NCBI RefSeq assembly: GCF_009914755.1
Contig: NC_060931.1
Direction: 5' to 3' (one strand)
Source: the human T2T-CHM13v2.0 reference genome, Homo sapiens
Length of the DNA stretch: 64,000 nt
Numbering within the stretch: position 1 is the stretch's first letter; every line of letters begins with the position of its first letter. The position numbers and the translations under genes were made by a program. The notes under the pieces are model-generated. The model ran no database searches and was not told where the DNA came from. It worked only from the letters and a program-made list of their open reading frames with translations. Below are positions 41,265-54,480 of the stretch, in pieces.

Positions 41265-41862
41265 ATTTATATAAAACTATTAAATATAATATTTATCTAC
41301 TATATATGTTGCTATTTTTAGAAGCAGAGAGCTATTAAACAGTTACATATTGGAAAAAATGCTGGTTGAATTAATGAAAATTTAATTATAGATTTAATAA
41401 AAAAGGTTTACTTTAAAGATAATGAAGTACATAAAATAACTCAAAGGAGGCCAATGAAGTACGACTTAGTAGAGAATAATGCAGGAAGACAAATTAGCTA
41501 TGATTAACACACCAGTTGATTTAAAAACACGTGTACAATCTAATACATTTAATCATCCTTCCAGAAACCCTGAGGAAACTTTGTTTATGGATGGTTCAGA
41601 GGCTGCCTTCCAGTTAATTCCCTTCTGGATGAGCAGAATAGAGTCTACACTGATGAAGTTTTCCTCTGTATCCATGTCAATGGAGATGTTTGCATTTCCT
41701 CATAAAGTGTCTTCCAGTTGAAGCAGAGACAGACCTCATAGGAATGCCTCTTATTTTCCAGTTAACTCTTTCAATTTGCATGAGCACAGACTCATTACAT
41801 CTGCCAATCACATTGTTGTCAGGCAGGATCACTGCTTACCAGCTTCATAAAAACATATGACC

Positions 41863-42161
<299 letters not shown>

Positions 42162-43011
42162 TTACCAATCTTGTAAGAAGCAGTCTAAATCTTGAATTAT
42201 CTGACTTTATTTTGCAAGGATCAAATAGGTGATTATTGAGATAGTTGAGAAAAATCTACATTATATTATCAGTTTATTCATTATGAGCTGGACTTTCCAT
42301 ATCTAGAAAACTGGTGACATCGTAAAGAAAAAGAAAAGAATACAAATGGAAGGAAAGGTATTATAAAATAGAAGCAAGCTTTAAACTGGTTATATTAAGT
42401 ACCATATTGTGTTAACCATGTGAATGAGCTCATGCCTTCTATCACTGAGAGAGGCAATTGGCAAGGGAGAAGGCCACCCAGCTGGAGGGGCACTGGGAGG
42501 ACAGTGACTCTGCACCTGCGCGGAGCAGGTCAGTCAGTGCTGGAAGGGCCCAGGCATGTGGTTCTCTGTCCAAGTCTCAATTATATCATCAGATGGCTAT
42601 TTCTCAATTTCCTTTGGTGTTCTTTCCATCTGTTTACTCTCTCCTGCTCTCCAGCAGTTCTTCCATCATTGCTGTAAAATGCATTCTATTTGGCGAGGCT
42701 TATTTGTTCAGATTGAGTTAAGAGATGGGATGACTTCCAATTTTTAAGCAATGCCCAGTTTTTCTTAACACATTCAGGTAGATTTATTCTGATGTCCTTT
42801 AGCTGTGGCTTCGAGACCTCCTACTTTGAAATTTCTTTGTCATTATATTCAGGATTCAGAACAAACCTTTGGGCACATTTTTTCCTCCTTTGTAAATTAT
42901 GAAAGCTCTCTTAATATACAGATTTCTAGAGTAGAGAAAGCAAGGATGAAACTACAAAAAAGTCTAGTGTTTTCTAAAGCCAGAAAAACAACTAATTTAT
43001 ATCTTATTAAA

Positions 43012-43059
43012 ACACATACACTCTCTCCCTCTCTCTCGGACACACACACACATACACAC

Positions 43060-43105
<46 letters not shown>

Positions 43106-43116
43106 TCTCTCTCTCT
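43012..43116. repeat. Compound (CT)n/(CA)n microsatellite
   Basis: Direct reading. Confidence 0.95.
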
Positions 43117-43132
43117 CCCCATGATGTTACTG

Positions 43133-43343
43133 CGGAGTTTTCAACCTCAGTCTTACTGAGAGTTTGGCCAGATCATCCTGTCGTGGGGCTGTCCTGTGCA
43201 TTGCAAGATCTTTAACAGCATCCCTGGCCTCTAACCACTAAATGCCAGTAGCATCCCCTGCAAGGTTGTGACAATCAAAAATATCTCCAGATACTGCCAA
43301 ATGTCCCCTGGGGAGCACAGTTACCCCTCATTGGGTGCCACAG
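43133..43343 (-). mobile_element. MER20
   Basis: ttttcaacctc...gggctgtcctgtgcattg...agcatccctggcctcta...tgccaaatgtcccctgggg, the reverse complement of MER20. Confidence 0.9.
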
Positions 43344-45939
43344 GCATTCCAAATAGAGGAAACAGCATGGGTGAATGCAGACATGAGCACCTGTGATACT
43401 AGTAGCCATAACTGACCCTTGGCACCTGTGGATTAGATGCAGTAGGAGAGTAAAGTGAGACTGGAAGCCTCTGAGTTTAATTGAATATGTTTCTGTATTT
43501 TAATTCTCTAACCCTGCAAAAAATTATGAAGGCGTAATTATATCTTGAATGATTAAAAAAAGTTGCTATCTTTGCTTTTGTTGCTAGGAAGCTAAAAATA
43601 AATTTGTACTCCACCTCTAAAAGCATGCAGGTTTTGAGTAATAAGCTTACTCCTGACTTCATCATATATGTCCACTCTTACGTGTTTTCAGCTATTTACT
43701 TTTTATGTCTGTAAGCTACTTCCAGCCCTTCTCTGAAAGGAGGCAAGAATACCTCCATGCACACATACATGCATACGTCAATTAAATGGATTGATTACAG
43801 AGCTTCACATACTCTCCAATTTATTTTGGTTACCTGTGGTAGTTAAATAAGTGTTGCATTATTTCCAGCAGTAGTGGCATTACATTGTCTGTTTCTAAAA
43901 TCCCACAGAATTTCTCCCTTATTGCCTGGGTTAGTCTTAATCTTGGTAGTGTTTGGGGGCTGTCTCAGATCTCTGAAAGGAGTAACGAAGAGGAAACTTG
44001 AAGTGCATCTATAGAACATTCTTATGGGCCTCTCCTTACAACAGTCAGCAGTAATGGTAATTTACAATTTTGTAGGTAAGAAATAATAGAGGAGGCACAA
44101 TGCCGTTGTCCTCCCCACAGTAAGACAGTTTTTGTAGGGTTGGCCTGAAGGAGCAATGATGATTCTCTCAAAATAGGAGAACAAAAGTCCTCTTAAAATC
44201 AGACCTGAGGGAAGTATGAAAAGCATTGCTGTCTTTTCATAACATGGAACAGGCTCTCTTTCTCCCTTTCCAACTGAAAAGAATTAGATTTGATTTTGAT
44301 GATTTATTTAAAACAAAATATTTGAAGTGGGCTACACAAACTTCATAAAGCTTTCTTGCAAATGCTGTTTCTTGCCAAAGTGTGAGACTCTAGCCTTAAG
44401 CCAATCTGGACTTGCCTCGGCTGGGCACACATGAGCACAGGGTAGGTGCCAGGGAGGCCACTTGCCTGTTTTGTGTGTAGCATTTTGTTTATGCAAAATG
44501 TTGTTTTACTGTGTGTTGGCAAATAGCAGGTGGAATCTTGACCTAACCACCCAACAGAGACCTGAATCAGATAAATTCTTTGCTGGCAGGATATCTGTTT
44601 TCTAACATGGAAATAATACATAGGGTCAAAGTTGTCACTAATAAGAAAGGTGCATGTGAGATGTGTATAGAGAAAGAAAGGGAGAGAGGGATGGAGGGAG
44701 GGGCAGAGAGAGAGAGAGACTGAGATTGACAGATTGAGTATATGAGAAAATTAATCTCTCAGCCATCCACAAAAGCAGAGACAAAGGCAGCCCAGACGTG
44801 CATGCCCAGTCCCTGGTGGTTCATTAAGCTGTACCTGTAGCTACATCAGACCTAACCATCAGAATCCCAGCTTAAAACACAAGTTCACGATTACATAACA
44901 CTGAGGCTGATTGAATATGCCGAGCACAGATGTGCATTTAATTGAAATAACCTCAACTACATGTCCCAGAAGTAACAGGAAATATCAAATTTCAGCAGCT
45001 CATGGTGAGAGGAGGCTCACAGTTGCCAGGTGACTTTTTAAACCCCCCAGGGTTGGTTTCCAGCTGTGTGCAGGCTGCATTGGTGTGCCTGCTCTCCTAG
45101 GAGCCCTGCCTGCTGCCTACACCCACCACAGCCACTCGTTTTGGCACATCTGATGTAAGCCCTCTGGGATGCGTACAGGTAGCTCCAATTAACAGAATGG
45201 CTGTAGGAGGGGGAGACTATAATAACAATTTCATTTATTTCCCTAGAAAAAAAACCATAATGAAACAGCAACCTAGGGGCCCATTTTATGAGAAATCTCC
45301 ACTGACAGAGGTTCTGCAAATTAGTGATTCTGTGTTTGAGCAAGGTTTCTGGCCTCCAGGGCTGTAAGCAACTCCAGGTCCCTTAACACCGAGAGTCTGT
45401 CCTTAACTCAGGAAAGCAAGGAAATTCGAAACCAGAGCTCAAGATGCTTGTAGAATAAGAATTTGTGGTGTTGACTTTAGCCCTGCCAAGGAGGTGTTAA
45501 CCTAAGTGGCCACTGAAGTTTCTGCTCCAGCATCTGGAGTCGGGCTTGACACTGTTCCTCAGGCCCAAACAGCAGACAGGGGTGGCAAATAAAACCCACT
45601 GTACCACACATGGTGGCTGGGAGATCCCACACCGGTAGAAGCCACGCTGGAAGGAGCATGAGGAAATCAGTCTGTCTTCTGTTTTATATGCTGTTCTGCT
45701 CTAAGGGATACTGTTACTTTAATTTTTCTTGCTGTAAATTAGTACAGAGTTGAAGGAGACTGAAGTTATTAGGAATCACCTTTTCTCTACCACCTATTGT
45801 CAATTCCCACAGGGTGTTAGTACTCAGTAAGTCCTTGATAAGTGATTATTTGATGAATTAACAATCACCACCATCATCATCCACAGATAACAATAATAGC
45901 AATAATAACAACAGTAGTACCCACCAGCAGCAGCAGCAG

Positions 45940-46170
45940 CTAATATTTATTTGGCATCTGCCGTCTCTAAACACTATCTTGGGCAGTCTCATTTGGTTTC
46001 ATTTGATTATCACAGCCGTCTTGTGGTCAAATAGTGCTGTTAGCTCCATTTTACAGTTGAGGGAACTGAGGCTTAGAGGTTAAGAAGGACGCTCAAGATA
46101 GTTGTGGAGCCTGAATTCCAACCAGGTAGCTGGCCCGAAAGCTTGGTCTGGAATTACTTCCCTTAGCTTC
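45940..46170 (-). mobile_element. MIR, preceded by a mixed triplet patch (CAC/CAT/AAT/CAG, 45862-45941)
   Basis: ccattttacagttgagggaactgaggcttagaggttaag MIR core. Confidence 0.8.
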
Positions 46171-48443
46171 CTTGTCATTTTGTACAGTTTGATAACCAGT
46201 TGAAGTTAAGAAGGGGAAGAGAAGGTCTGGAGGGCTTTACAACTTGTAAGCATTGGAGACTGGCGAAGGACCTTAAGAGGAATTTCCAATTAACAGTGTT
46301 GTCCCTCCAACCACACCTGGGTGGAAATGGAGACTCAAGTCCCCAGGCTTTCTTCTACTGTGGCATCTCCGTCTTTCTGCTCAAGTACAGAGAAGTGGTG
46401 GTTGGTATGCTCTGAGCTCACTGACAAACTGGCTTGGTTTTCCATTTTGTTTGTTTTCCATGTCTACTAGTTTTTCCAGTTTTTTTTTCTCGTGGTAATT
46501 CAAGTTACTGGGGTCAAGTGAAGATCTCCCCAAATTTTCTTTTTAAGTACACATAGTTTTGAACTTGAAATAACTCTGTATATAATTTCCACCAGGAATG
46601 GGTAAGAGCAGAGTTGCCCTGCCTTTGGAGCTCATCACCATTTTAGCATCAGGAAATTTGTAAGTGAAGGGACCTTAATATGAGGTTAGACCTCTCACTT
46701 CACAGGTGAGGAAACTGAGACTCACAGCAGTACTAACTGAATGAGCTGGGATGAGGACTTGCATATTTTTAAAAATCTCCTAATCCAGTATTCATTCTAC
46801 AGGCCTCCCTGGATTTTTGCTTGGGAAAGCTATTTTTAATATAGGTGTAGCATTATGACATAGTTCAATTAAAAGCTAGTTTCTTGCTTAATTTCAAAAG
46901 AATGCATTTTATATAGAAAAAGATATGCGAATTCATTATTAGACATCTGGTACAATGTAGCCAAGGCTGCCATGTTGAATCTCAGGAAAATTGCAAGTAT
47001 CCAGTTTTGACTGAGGGTATGTGTGACGGAAACTCCTTGGTAATGATACACCTAAAATACAGCTAAACGACAAAACAAATGAACAATAGAAACCCCAAGC
47101 TGTGAAACTTAAAAAATACACTTGGTGGGAAGTACTGTATAACTAATTATACATTACTATATGCAGAGCTGAGGCAGATTTATTCCTCTTTGGAGGTCAC
47201 ATCTCCTATGAGCAAAATAAAAGCAACAAAAATTGCTACTTCTGCTGCCTCTGCAATTGCTCCTATAACTAACAGCGACTTATTGAACATTAGTCCATAT
47301 CAGTCAGGTATTGTGATAAATGCTCTCCATTTTGCCATTTAATCCTTACCATGTTCCTATGAATTAGAAGCTGTCATTAGCCTGAGGGTGAAAGAAATTA
47401 AATAGTTTGTGGTCAGCTAATACACTGGCCTACGAGACTCCAAAGCCCAAACTTTTATGCACTATTCTCTGTTCTCTATTGACTACATTTGTATTCATTT
47501 TGGAGGTTCACTTCCAAACAGATATGAGGTTTGCCAGTTACTTTCTTTTATACATGACTAGTGGCTTCTACTTACAAGCAGTTGTATTTACTTACTTTTT
47601 AAAAATGTACCTACATTTATGAGGTCACTTTAACCTCTTCAGTCTCTTAGGTTACAATACTTCAGTTGTAACCTTTGCTGGGAGTATGGAGAGATGACTC
47701 ATTAGCTGTGCTTTGCATGGCCCTTTGATGTGAAATTCATATTCATGAATGCTGTCATTCTTTCTTCTTATCTCTGTTCCCTTCCGCGTTAGTACTCTCT
47801 GCCCTCATTCATTGCTACACCCCTCTTCTCTGACTTTCCATATCCTTCTTTAGTGCAAGTATCTGTTGTTTTACTTTTTGCTTTTTCATCTTGTAAACCC
47901 ACAGCTCCACTTTCATGGTGCCCTTTCTGTACTTTCTCACTCTGGTTTCAGATTTGTTTAAGCTTTGAGGTCCTTAACATATCACTTCTTAACAAGATGC
48001 TAATGTAGTAGATCTCAGCTTCTTGGAGAACATGTTCTTTCAAAGTATTGCATTTGAATTTTGTTAATAGTTTCTACCTTTGATTCCCCCAATTATTTGA
48101 GCTGGGAGTTGGATGGAGGGGCTAATGGCTGTTTCCAATCCCTGTTTGTTGACTGAATTCTGGCACCCCCATATCCCAGCTGCACAAGATTTGAGCCTTA
48201 ATGTTATTTCTCATACTTTTGGCATTTCTCCCCCATGTTGCTAATCAATCATCAGGTTTGCTTGATTGTCTTTTTGTGATGTTTTTCAAATAAATACTTT
48301 CCTTGCCATTCCCATGGCAGCCGGACACTCATCCTATTGCTTGCATGTAATCTCCATCTCTCTTCTCCTTCACCCCTTTTTGCACACCCCTGTCAGAACC
48401 CAAACTTAGCTTTCACAGAAACCTACACCAGCTTCCTTCCCTT

Positions 48444-48759
48444 GCGGTTTCCCAGAGTTTGTTTTATAAAACACTAGTGCTGAGGGATAATGATGAGTAA
48501 TATTTTCAAAACAAGGTTCTGTGATTAAATACACTCAGGAAATGCTGGGTCAAGTAAACTTAAATGTGTTTTCTTACTGCAGAATTCTCAGAGCCCTTAA
48601 TATGCTGACGTGCATGGTGAAAGAGGTTGGAGTATAGAGTGCCTCCCAAACTAATTTGAGCGGCAGAGCTTTTTTTTTTTTTTTTTTTTAATTTCTACTT
48701 ATTTTGGCAGAGCAACAGGCAGGATTGATGTTTCACAGGAAACACATCAAGAAATGCTG
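48444..48759 (+). mobile_element. Non-autonomous hAT-Charlie element (same family as 8031-8316)
   Basis: gtttccca...aacactagt...aaatgctgggtcaagtaaacttaaa...ttactgcagaattctcagagcccttaatatgct...gaaatgctg. Confidence 0.65.
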
Positions 48760-50114
48760 GTTGTTTGGAATACATTTAAACTTCTCAGGCTGGCAGTAAA
48801 TCTCAGGCCAATTTATTTAGACAACTTGGGTGTCTTGTATCTCCCGAAGCAGCTCTGCACTCTGGTGCGATTGGCCTCCTGCTCTTCTTGTATAAGCTGC
48901 CCTCTTATCTATGTCCATGACTTTATTTACATTCTTCTTTTGGCCTAGAAGGCTTACTTCATTCTAGCCCCAAATCTGTATTTTATGTCTTTTATAGACT
49001 ACCTCAATTTACATTGTCTTTTCAACAAATCTATACTTTCTAAGTTCATTACAGTCTTACTCAACCCCATTTTAGCCAGCACTAGATAACTATTTGCTAG
49101 ACTTGCATAACATTTATAATAAGCAAATGAATAATGACTACTCTGAGTATCTCTTATGTTCTAGGCAGCTTTGCAATGCTATCTTTATAATCACCCGGCA
49201 AGGTAATTGTTCTTAGAGTCATGTTATAGGCAAACAAATTGAGGTTATGTAGGTAGTTTGTGCATGATTTTATAAGCCTTAAGTGGCAAAATCAGGATTC
49301 AAACACAAGACTCTTCAAAGCAATAATATGCTCAATGACTGCCAAGCTCCAAGGAGGCTTTAAAGCTGGAAGCCAGGTTAACTTGGAGTTGTGAAACCCA
49401 TCTCTTTAGCTTAGATATACAGTTCTCTCAATTGATAAATAAAAACTTCTGGTTTAAGTAGGGAAGAAGATGTTTTAAGGTCGGTTCTTGGATAGTGAGA
49501 GTGGCAAAATGCATCTTCTGTATGAACTGCATATTAACATTCAGTGAGCTTTTAGCATTCTGGAAGGTGCTCTGGAGGACATGAATGAAAAGTTGATACA
49601 GACCCTGAGCTCAGAAACATTTAATGTAGTTGGGGAGATGAAATAGAAACACATTAAATAAGAGAATCATATATTATTGTTTATAATTAGCTTATAGATA
49701 GGTGTTCCCAGACTCCTAGGACAGCATTGATCAGTCTTTTGACAGGGTCTCTATGAACCTCTGCATTTGAGAGGATTTGAGTGTCTACACATTTCTTCAG
49801 ATTATCAAAGAGCTCTGTGACCCCAGCTAGTTAACAAGTTTGCAGGATGCTGTGGGGAAAGGAATGGCCTTGAAGCCACAGTGTCTTGGGTTGGATTCCG
49901 TCTTACAACTATTGGCCGAGTAACCATGGGCAACAAGGCAACTTCTTCAAACTCATTGCTAAAAAATTAGGGTATGAATATACAATGTGCACAGACATAG
50001 TGAGGATGAAAGGGGATAGTGAGGATGAAAGGGGATACTGAAAATACAGAAAGCATCTGGCGTGGTACTTGGCATACACTAGTTATTTTATACTAGCCAC
50101 GCTGGATTGCTAAG

Positions 50115-50608
50115 TGTACTAGTTACCTATGGCTGCAGATGACAAATTACCACTCACTGGCTTAACACAGCACGAATGCATTGTTTTATAGTTCTGGAGG
50201 TCAGAAGTCTGAAAAGGGTCTCAGTGGGCTAAAATCGAGGTGTCAGCAGGGCTGTGTTTCTTCTGAATGCCCTAGGGAAGAGAATCGATTTTTTTTTTTT
50301 TCCTTTTCCAGCTTCTGAAGGTAGCCCACATTCCTTGGCTCCTGACCCCTTCCTCCAGCTTCAAACTTGCAAACAGCAGGTTGAGTCCCTTTCACACTGT
50401 AAGGCCCATGCACCTGCCTTCCTCTTTTGCTAAGGGCCCTTGTGAATACATTCACCTCTTTCAGAAGTGCCCATCTTGAGACCAGCTGATTAGCAACCTT
50501 AATTCCATTTGCAAACTTAATTCCCTCTTGCCATGTAAATAACATAGTTACAGGTTCTGGGCATTAGGAGGTGGACATGTTTGGGGGTCCATTATTCTGC
50601 CGACCACT
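50115..50608 (-). mobile_element. ERVL-MaLR solo LTR (MLT1C/D-like)
   Basis: tgtactagtt..ctatggctgc...acaaattaccac...agttctggaggtcagaagtctgaaa...gggctaaaatc.aggtgtcagcagggctg...cattattctgcc.accac. Confidence 0.88.
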
Positions 50609-51079
50609 CTTGGTCATATTAGGCATTAGAGGTAAGTTCTTTTCCCATGTTGTTCTGATTCTGATTTAGCTTTTTGATTTTAACAATAATTTTTAGTAGG
50701 GTAGGTTATCCCTATTCAAATGGAGAAATTGGACTCCCATGAATTTGGATTTCTCAGCTAGCTTTCTTGGCACCAGACATAGTTCCCCCATAATGTTCCT
50801 GACTTTTCAGAATTTTTTTTCCTAATAGTCTCTTTATTCTGAGAGCATTCATTAATTATTCAGTTAATCGATTAGGCGATTTTGGTTACCTGCTGTATGT
50901 GTCATTACACTGAACTATTTTAGTAAGTTCAGTGTGGGCAATTTTTTTTTCACCAAAATATGTTCTCAAATTAATTAACTAACTCATTCATTCAACAGAC
51001 ATTTATTGGTACATAATATGTGTTACAGCAGTAATACTTTTTGAGTAATTAAAAAAAGAATCCATGTATTACATATATA

Positions 51080-51397
51080 CCGTTATATGTTGCTTAATGG
51101 TAGGAATATGTTCTGAGAAGTGCATCATTAGGCAATTTTGCCATTATTCGAACATCATAGAGTGCACTTATACACAAACCTAGGCTAAATGGCACACCCT
51201 ATTGCTACTAGGCTACAAACCTGTACAGTACAAATACTGTAGGCAATGATAATACAATGGCAAGTATTTTTGTATCTAAATACATCTAAACATAGAAAAG
51301 CTACAGTAAAAATACAGTATTATAATCTTATGGGACCACTGTCACTCATGTGGTTTGTTGTTGATGGAAACATCATTATGAGGCATGTGTCTACCTG
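51080..51397 (+). mobile_element. Tigger3a/MER7-like MITE (second copy)
   Basis: ttctgagaagtgcatcattaggcaatttt...catcatagagtgcactta...ataatcttatgggaccact; homologous to 40427-40760. Confidence 0.85.
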
Positions 51398-54239
51398 TAG
51401 ACCCTTCTGTATACATGGCAGTGTGCCAGGCACTGAGGGGTACACATAAAACTTACAAGGAGTTTAAGGTCTGGCTTAGAAGTTAAGAATATGCTAAAAC
51501 TATAAGCTAAGGAAGAAAATAATATATCATAAGCAGGCTATGAGTTTGGTACACCATATTTTTGACCCCTAAAAGGAAAAACATAGTGTGACTACAAGAT
51601 AGAGTATTTGAAATTAAGACTGTCCCAGAACATCTGGGCTATGTGGTCAGTTTTGCTTTTGAAATTTAGAGGAAATAGACGACTTTGGCTGAGGCAGCAG
51701 GGGTGTTGCTGTGGGAAGCTGGCATTGGGCCGGGAGCTGAAGGATGCATGTGCTGTGAACTGTGAGGGAGTGCTGGGCAGGCATGGGCCATTGCAGGGCC
51801 CAGGTGAGGGGGGCCAGCACTGGGCTCCATGGCAGAGGCCTGGATGGTAGCACTGGCTGTGGGTTTGGATGTGTTTTAGATGAGATCTTGTAGTTAGGGA
51901 CTGCTTACTTTGTTTGCTGTTTTGTTTCAAGTTGGTGAGCTCATGGAATTATGGAAAATATGTGAAAGCAAATTCATAACATTTAACAATGTACCTACAC
52001 AATATTTCTTGAAATCAGTTTTTTATATACAGATTGGTTACTATTTCTGGTGGATTACAGGTTGGTGGAAAGTGACCTACTCCTCTCTTTTCCACCCCCA
52101 CCCCCATACATGTTAGATTGTTTCCCATTTAAGAGGCCAAGGAAGGCACCCAGGTGCCACGTGGTGGATCATGTGCTGACCCTTAGGTCCCTTTTGGGCC
52201 AATAGCTGTCAGTGACATTCTGTGCAAGATGGGGGGCTCCTGAATGGAGAAGTTCGGGTCGTTCTGGGTTGCACCACAGCCTCTTTCTATCAGAGGCCTC
52301 CATCACTGTTCAGGCAGGGCCTAGACAAACAGCCTTTCCTGATTCTTCACTCAAGCTTGGCATCATCACGACGCTTACCTTTCTGGGATTCCTGGAGCCC
52401 CTGCATGACACAGTGATCTCGTGGGGCCTGTTTCCCTGCAGTTTGGACTGAAAAGGTTTAAAGCCGTGTTTTTTTATGTGTTGGGCTTCCTCATGGTTAG
52501 AGCATTATTTCTGGAAATGCAGTGATCCGTGTAGTAGCAAAGTATGATGAGCTGGAGAGACCTTTCTCTTTGCTGAAGTAATGGACTAAGGATAGAAGTT
52601 CCATTCTGTGCTTTCAAAGTGAAAAAACATTTTAAAGACGGGAGAAACCTTACGACATGTTAAGTAAAAAATAGAAAATCAAATTTCATGTACAGAATTA
52701 TCGTAACTATGTTCAAATAAATACATGCACAAAATTATAAACAGTGGCTGTTTCTTATTGGCAGAAACATGAATGATGCTTTTTCCCCCTTCCTTATGCT
52801 TTTATGTTTTTGTTTTGTTGTGTTTGGGGGGAGTAGGATTAGAGTTTACTCAGTTTCTCTTATTTTTTTTTTAGAACATGTGATTGTATAATTTTCCCTT
52901 AATTTTCTTTGACAGATGTTTTGAAAATAATCACTGCTCTCAGAAGAAAGGCATTTCATTAGAATAAATATATCCATGACATAAATAAATGTACCTGATG
53001 TGGTTAGGAGAAAAGTATTGGCACTATAATTTCAGAGGCAGTGTCACTCTTATTTCTCATAGCAATCTTATTAAGGTATGGAACATCAAAGTGGTATGTC
53101 TTTAATCCAGTATTTTTTAAACTTTTAAAGCAAATATTCTTTTTCCAAAAGTATACATAGTCATTGTAAACAATGAAATGTAAGTGTAAATAATAGTGCA
53201 AATACACATAAACAAGAAAGAGGAAAAGAAATGTAACACATAATTCTATTACCTTAGAGAAAAAACACTCACTCCTATTGTCTGGTTTTGTACACTTCTG
53301 ATCTTTTTTACCCCCCTTTACCTGTGCATTTGTATCCATATGTTGAAAACAACTCAAAACAAAGATGAGATCTAATGATTTGACCTACAGGACTATGCAA
53401 AAATGTGCCACCAGTCATAAGCTGGCATCTTTCTCCCCATCTTCTGACTTACGCATATTCAAACAAGGTTAGTTTCAGGATGGTCTATTTCTGTAGCCTC
53501 CCTCCCTCTGCCTATCACGCCAGGCTTTCCAGAAGAGTGTGACTGGACATCTGGACGTGTTGGACTGAAGCTCATTTCACTGGGTCCACTGGAAAAAATT
53601 ATATGAGGATGCTGTGTTCTTTTCTGTCCCCTAAGTGTTCTCGAGCCTTTTCCTTTTGCAGCCAGGCAGATTCTTGTAACACTGAGAATTCTCACTTGCA
53701 GACACTCTCTAGTGCACAAGTTCACTGCGCCTGCAGGATCTGGCATAGGGACCTTGAGGTGCCAGGAAAAAGGGCCAAGGTTTCAAAATTATTTTAGTTC
53801 ATGATACAAATGTCCCCAAATGCAACACATAATTTTCAGGCATCTTCACAGTCATGATATTTTGTTGGCCTCTTCAATATTGCTGTCAAACAGAAAAATC
53901 ATCCCGATTTCCAAACCCTTCTCTTCCATAAGTTAGGGCCTCTTGAAAAATATCTTTCCTGACAGCCCTGTTCACACATGATTTCCCTTGCCCAGAGTCT
54001 CCCTGGACATTCTCCATTGCTTCCCGCCCAGCTATGAGCAAGCTCAGGCTTCCCCAGAGTCACTTGAGGCAGTAGATCTTCTGCTGCTTCTATGACGACT
54101 TGCTTTGTCATGTAATTGGCCTTATCTACAAGTGCCCACAGTTTGACTCTAAAAAACAAAACAAAAAATAACAACGAATAAAAAACAGAAAAGCATAAGA
54201 AAGAAAGTAATGTCACTTATGGCTCTTCCATCAAGGAAT

Positions 54240-54480
54240 AACCACTGTTTTCAATTTTGGGGTGTGTATGTTTTGGCGGGGGTTGTGCATATTAATTTTA
54301 ACATAGTTAAAATTATCCTGTACATATAATTTTGTCCTTGATTTTTCACTTAACATGTCATAAGCATTTCCTCAGTCATGAAGATTATTCACAAACTTTT
54401 TCAGTGACTAGATCATAGTTCATTTTATGGATTGTATTACAAAGTGCTCAGCTGTTTGTTTAATATTGGGAGACAATCTG
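54240..54480 (-). mobile_element. Old L1 (L1M/L1ME) fragment
   Basis: tttttcacttaacatgtcataagcatttcc...catagttcattttatggat, a typical antisense L1M 3' pattern. Confidence 0.55.
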
